Source: Candidatus Omnitrophota bacterium (GTDB taxonomy: Bacteria > Omnitrophota > Gorgyraeia > Gygaellales > Profunditerraquicolaceae). Taken from it: DNA of 64,000 nucleotides. Below the pieces are notes generated by a model that ran no database searches, was not told where the DNA came from, and worked only from the letters and a program-made list of their open reading frames with translations. Both the position numbers and the translations under genes were made by a program. Below, in pieces: positions 60,778 to 64,000 of this stretch (its first letter is position 1; each line of letters opens with the position of its first letter). The stretch covers positions 346,509 through 410,508 of the forward strand of contig JALOQK010000002.1 in assembly GCA_025453395.1 (NCBI GenBank), read 5' to 3'.

Positions 60778-61754
60778 TAGTGTATTTTATATTTCCGATA
60801 GTAGTCTACTGTGTCTTTTATGCCCTGTTCAAGTTCTACACGCGGTTTCCAGCCAACAACATTTTTAATCTTTGAAATATCCGCATAATAATCGCCTGGC
60901 TCGATCTGTTTTCTCTCCTTGCTGAAAACCGTAAACTTGAATTTTCCGTTTCCGGTGATCCTAATAATAATCTTGGCAAGCTCCACAAAATTTGTCGGCC
61001 TGCCACTACCCACATTAAAAATATTGCCATAGGCCCTATCGCATAACCCGCATTCCAATAATGCCTCCACTAGATCTTCAACATAAAGAAAATCACGCAA
61101 AATCAGGCCATTGCCGAAAACAGGAACCTCCTGGTCATCAATCGCCTTGCGGATAAACCAATTCAATACCCCATACTCGTCATGCATCATTTGATGACGA
61201 GGCCCATAGGTATTAGTAATACGTAAAGCAATAGACTTTATCTTATGGATTTCATCATAAACCATCACTAGTTTCTCCGCGCAGAGATTAGTTATGGCAT
61301 ACACGCCTTTGGGATTCATGGGATGGTCCTCATCAACAGGTAATCTTACGCTTGAACCGTATTGCCCGCGGGTTCCCGAAAAAATAATTCTTGCGCCACG
61401 GTTATATTTACGGCAGGCTTCAAGAACCACTAGGGTGCCTTCGGCATTAATGCGTAAATCCTTTATGGGATTTTTTATACTATCCACATGACTAACCTGT
61501 CCGGCTAAATGAAATATATAATCTTTTCCTTTGGCCAAATTATTCATAGCGCTGGAGGAACGAATATCGGCAATAACTATCTTGATTTTATTCTTAACCG
61601 GATAAATATTAAAAATGTTTGCCCCAAGTTTTGGCTGTTTATTATCAATGATAGTAACTTTGGCTTTGGCCTTAATCAAAGCAATAGCCAAATTACTCCC
61701 GATAAAACCAAGCCCCCCGGTAATTAAAATATTTTTATTGCGATATTCTAGCAT
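60765..61754 (-). CDS. NAD-dependent epimerase/dehydratase family protein (extended SDR)
   Basis: ILITGGLGFIGSNL...HLAGQVSH...FSGTRGQYG match the family. The expected YxxxK position reads YAITN. I placed the start at MLEYRNK (61754). Confidence 0.7.
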   Translation of the reverse strand: MLEYRNKNILITGGLGFIGSNLAIALIKAKAKVTIIDNKQPKLGANIFNIYPVKNKIKIVIADIRSSSAMNNLAKGKDYIFHLAGQVSHVDSIKNPIKDLRINAEGTLVVLEACRKYNRGARIIFSGTRGQYGSSVRLPVDEDHPMNPKGVYAITNLCAEKLVMVYDEIHKIKSIALRITNTYGPRHQMMHDEYGVLNWFIRKAIDDQEVPVFGNGLILRDFLYVEDLVEALLECGLCDRAYGNIFNVGSGRPTNFVELAKIIIRITGNGKFKFTVFSKERKQIEPGDYYADISKIKNVVGWKPRVELEQGIKDTVDYYRKYKIHYWRK

Positions 61755-61758
61755 AGTT

Positions 61759-62739
61759 TTATTTAAACTTGATGGACAGCTTCTTGCCAATATGTTTCTT
61801 CATCCATTTCGGATTATCTAATATCCAATTAACGGTTTTGGATATCCCGTCCTGAAACCCTATTTGCGCACACCAGCCTGTTTGTTTACGAATTTTAGCA
61901 AAATCAAGGCTGTATCTAAAGTCATGGCCGGGACGATCTGCGACGAATTCTATTAAAGATTCAGGCTTATTAAGTATGCGCAAAATGCTTTTAACCACAT
62001 CAATATTCTTTTTCTCTTGCGCGCTTCCTAAGTTATAGACTTCTCCAAGCTTGCCATTTTCAAGAATAAGCATTATCGCTTTGGCGCAGTCAGAAACATA
62101 AAGCCATTCCCTGATATTTTGCCCGCGAGCATATACCGGAACCTTTTGGTTATTCAGCGCCCTTAAACTTACCAAAGGAATAAGTTTTTCCGGATACTGC
62201 CAGGGGCCGTAATTATTAGACGGCCGCACTATAATCGCCGGCAGATTATACGTCCTGACATAAGCCTTGATCAACAAATCCGCTGCGGCTTTTGAAGCGG
62301 CATAAGGACTGTTGGGTTTAAGCGGAAAATCTTCACGGAATTTACCTTTTTCTATATCCCCATACACTTCATCTGTTGATATATGAATAAATCTTTCTAT
62401 TTTATATTCACGCGCTAAATCTAAAAGTGTTTTTGTCCCTTTTATGTTAGTTTGGATAAACGGATCGCTTGAAACAATACTTCTATCTACGTGCGTTTCA
62501 GCCGCAAAGTTGATAATAACCTGCGGTTTTTCTCTTTTGATTACCTGGCCTATTTTATTCTTATTACAAATATCAACTTTATAGAATTTAAATTTACCTT
62601 TTACCTCATTTAATCTTTCCAAATCTCCGGCATAGGTCAGTTTATCCACAACAATGACTTTATAGGATCTTTTTACAGCCTGGCGCACAAATTCACTTCC
62701 AATAAACCCCGCGCCACCGGTAACTAACAACTTATGCAT
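61759..62739 (-). CDS. rmlB: dTDP-glucose 4,6-dehydratase
   Basis: LLVTGGAGFIGSEFV is the Rossmann motif, HISTDEVYGD matches an RmlB segment, and YAASK is the YxxxK motif. I placed the start at the internal MHKLL Met. Confidence 0.85.
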   Translation of the reverse strand: MHKLLVTGGAGFIGSEFVRQAVKRSYKVIVVDKLTYAGDLERLNEVKGKFKFYKVDICNKNKIGQVIKREKPQVIINFAAETHVDRSIVSSDPFIQTNIKGTKTLLDLAREYKIERFIHISTDEVYGDIEKGKFREDFPLKPNSPYAASKAAADLLIKAYVRTYNLPAIIVRPSNNYGPWQYPEKLIPLVSLRALNNQKVPVYARGQNIREWLYVSDCAKAIMLILENGKLGEVYNLGSAQEKKNIDVVKSILRILNKPESLIEFVADRPGHDFRYSLDFAKIRKQTGWCAQIGFQDGISKTVNWILDNPKWMKKHIGKKLSIKFK

Positions 62740-63548
62740 TGCTCTACGCATTCTTTTAGAACCTCATTTATGTGCCTTGTTTTAAAACCAGTTTTCTCCA
62801 ATTTCGCCGTGCTTAAAATTAAATTAGTCCGCACTAATTTTAATTTCCTATAATTAATAATTTTATACTTAAAATCCGGTTTATGCCCTTTATAGATATT
62901 TAAAAGCCGTGGATATCTTAAGCCGCCTTTGTTTACGACGTTATAAATACCGGAAGCATTAATCCTAATTAAATGCCTTAATGCCGCGATAAAATCAGGA
63001 ATATAGGTAATAGAATTTGGAATATCAATAATTTCCTTGTAAGTAATTAATTTTGAAAGTATATTCCTTGGATGCAACCTATTATCCAATGGGATTCTAA
63101 TCCTTACAATTAAAACTGCGCATTTATCAGCCAAGACATTCAATGCTCTTTCCGTGTAGATTTTACTACGACTATAAAAAAGCCCAAAGAAATCAGGGAT
63201 ATTATTTTCCCTTATAGGGCGGCCTTTATTATAATCAAAGTGATATATACAGCCACTGCTAACATGAACTAACTTAATGCCGTTTCTCAAGCATGCCTCA
63301 GCTAACATTATCGGCACAAAAGTATTGGCGAACAACGTGGCATCTTTATCTAATTCGCAGTCATCCACATTCCGCCTTCCTGTACTACCGATACAATTGA
63401 TAATAATCGACGGCTTGTATTTATTTATTTCGCGCTCTGCGTCATAAAAGCTGTTGATTCTTGCTTTAGAAAGCGCACACTTAAAAGATTCTTGCAGGCG
63501 TTTGCCGATAAAACCATTTCCGAGAATAAGAATTTTATTTTTCTTCAT
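62724..63548 (-). CDS. rmlD: dTDP-4-dehydrorhamnose reductase-like (RmlD family), paralogue of 14834..15655
   Basis: ILILGNGFIGKRL...SSGCIYHF...YSRSK match the family. It sits between rmlB and rmlA. Confidence 0.65.
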   Translation of the reverse strand: MKKNKILILGNGFIGKRLQESFKCALSKARINSFYDAEREINKYKPSIIINCIGSTGRRNVDDCELDKDATLFANTFVPIMLAEACLRNGIKLVHVSSGCIYHFDYNKGRPIRENNIPDFFGLFYSRSKIYTERALNVLADKCAVLIVRIRIPLDNRLHPRNILSKLITYKEIIDIPNSITYIPDFIAALRHLIRINASGIYNVVNKGGLRYPRLLNIYKGHKPDFKYKIINYRKLKLVRTNLILSTAKLEKTGFKTRHINEVLKECVEQCISC

Positions 63549-64000
63549 CTGATATTTTTAACAAATATTCTCCATAACCAGTATTAACCTCATCCGCTAA
63601 AGCAAGTAAAGACTTTTTATTAATAAAACCCATGCGATAGGCGATTTCTTCAATACAGCCGACCTTCAGCCCCTGCCTCTCCTCTATGGTCCTTATAAAC
63701 ATTGAGGCGTCTATTAATGAATTGCAAGTTCCCGTATCAAGCCAGGCATACCCCCGGCCCAGAAGCTGTAAGCTTAATGTGCCTTCCTTAAGATACTTCT
63801 TAATCACGTCCGTGATTTCAAGCTCGCCTCTTTTGGATGGCTTAAGGCTCTTGGCAAAGCCTGCCGCGCGGCTATCAAAGAAATAAAGCCCGGTAATCGC
63901 GTAATTTGATTTTGGCTTAAGAGGCTTCTCTGTGATAGAAAGAACTTTGTTTCTGTTATTGAATTCTATAACTCCATACTGGCGCGGATCTTTAACATAA
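63535..64000 (-). CDS. rmlA: glucose-1-phosphate thymidylyltransferase, C-terminal part (gene runs off the window end)
   Basis: The reading frame stays open up to the window edge: ...YGVIEFNNRNKVLSITEKPLKPKSNYAITGLYFFD...RGELEITDVIKKYLKEGTLSLQLLGRGYAWLDTGT. The ORF track shows only the stretch starting at its first Met (from 63807). Confidence 0.85.
   Translation of the reverse strand, partial: YVKDPRQYGVIEFNNRNKVLSITEKPLKPKSNYAITGLYFFDSRAAGFAKSLKPSKRGELEITDVIKKYLKEGTLSLQLLGRGYAWLDTGTCNSLIDASMFIRTIEERQGLKVGCIEEIAYRMGFINKKSLLALADEVNTGYGEYLLKISDEEK

Noticed and set aside
185-63886. All plus-strand ORFs in the supplied track (60-201 aa, for example 185..409, 2250..2522, 21402..21878, 32315..32920, 49074..49469)
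   Set aside because: Each lies antisense to a long minus-strand ORF with clear family motifs. They show no SD sequences, no recognisable domains, and odd composition. They are best explained as chance ORFs on the non-coding strand of an AT-rich sequence.
1-64000. tRNA, rRNA and transposase/integrase genes
   Set aside because: Intergenic spaces are very short. The largest are about 190-235 nt, at 15656-15843 and 39512-39745. None contains a tRNA-like T-arm or acceptor pattern. No rRNA-like sequence was seen, and no ORF resembles a transposase, recombinase or integrase.

Overview
This 64-kb window comes from an AT-rich bacterial genome that looks like an uncultivated lineage. Every gene I could call with confidence (about 60) lies on the minus strand. 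Most neighbours overlap by 4-14 bp or have tiny spacers, so these are long co-directional operons. The content is a mosaic of five blocks. (i) 1-9.9 kb is a nucleotide-sugar modification cassette unusually rich in thiamine-diphosphate (ThDP) enzymes: a split transketolase, an acetolactate-synthase-like enzyme and a 2-oxoacid dehydrogenase E1 alpha/beta pair. It also holds an aminotransferase, a SAM methyltransferase, SDR-family enzymes and a Gmd-like 4,6-dehydratase, all downstream of an EPS-type MarR regulator. (ii) 10.4-13.8 kb holds two DUF4143 AAA ATPases bracketing a papain-like peptidase that has no propeptide, plus a 59-bp duplicated copy of the peptidase 5' end. (iii) 13.8-36 kb holds a WecA-like priming transferase, an RmlD-like reductase, gap, two tandem GalT-like genes, fmt, priA and an LPS/EPS-like set. 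That set is a GT28, gmhB, a DegT aminotransferase, two GT9 heptosyltransferases, manC, an O-antigen-ligase-like gene, Dpm1-like GT2s, a GT-C membrane protein and a carbamoyltransferase with SxtJ-like and DUF5989-like partners. (iv) 36-49.8 kb is an accessory island. It contains an AbiEii-like nucleotidyltransferase with an HTH partner, an ArsP-like permease with a tiny Cys-rich ORF, and two RelE-type TA pairs. It also contains a Sec-signal Rhs/YD-repeat polymorphic toxin (2057 aa) with an unrecognised C-terminal domain and an overlapping immunity-like gene. That toxin is preceded by tail-fibre-like, four-helix-bundle and SpvB-N-domain proteins, which are Tc-toxin-like parts in a non-canonical split. 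(v) 49.8-64 kb is a second glycan block: five GT2s, two GT-C-like membrane proteins, three SAM methyltransferases, a hexapeptide acetyltransferase, an ATP-grasp enzyme, an epimerase and rmlB-rmlD-rmlA. Short heptamer tandem arrays of two families (YAGCTGA and GACAGAA) recur in coding and intergenic DNA. I recognised no rRNA, tRNA, CRISPR array or transposase. All calls rest on reading the translations and DNA by eye; nothing was searched against a database.
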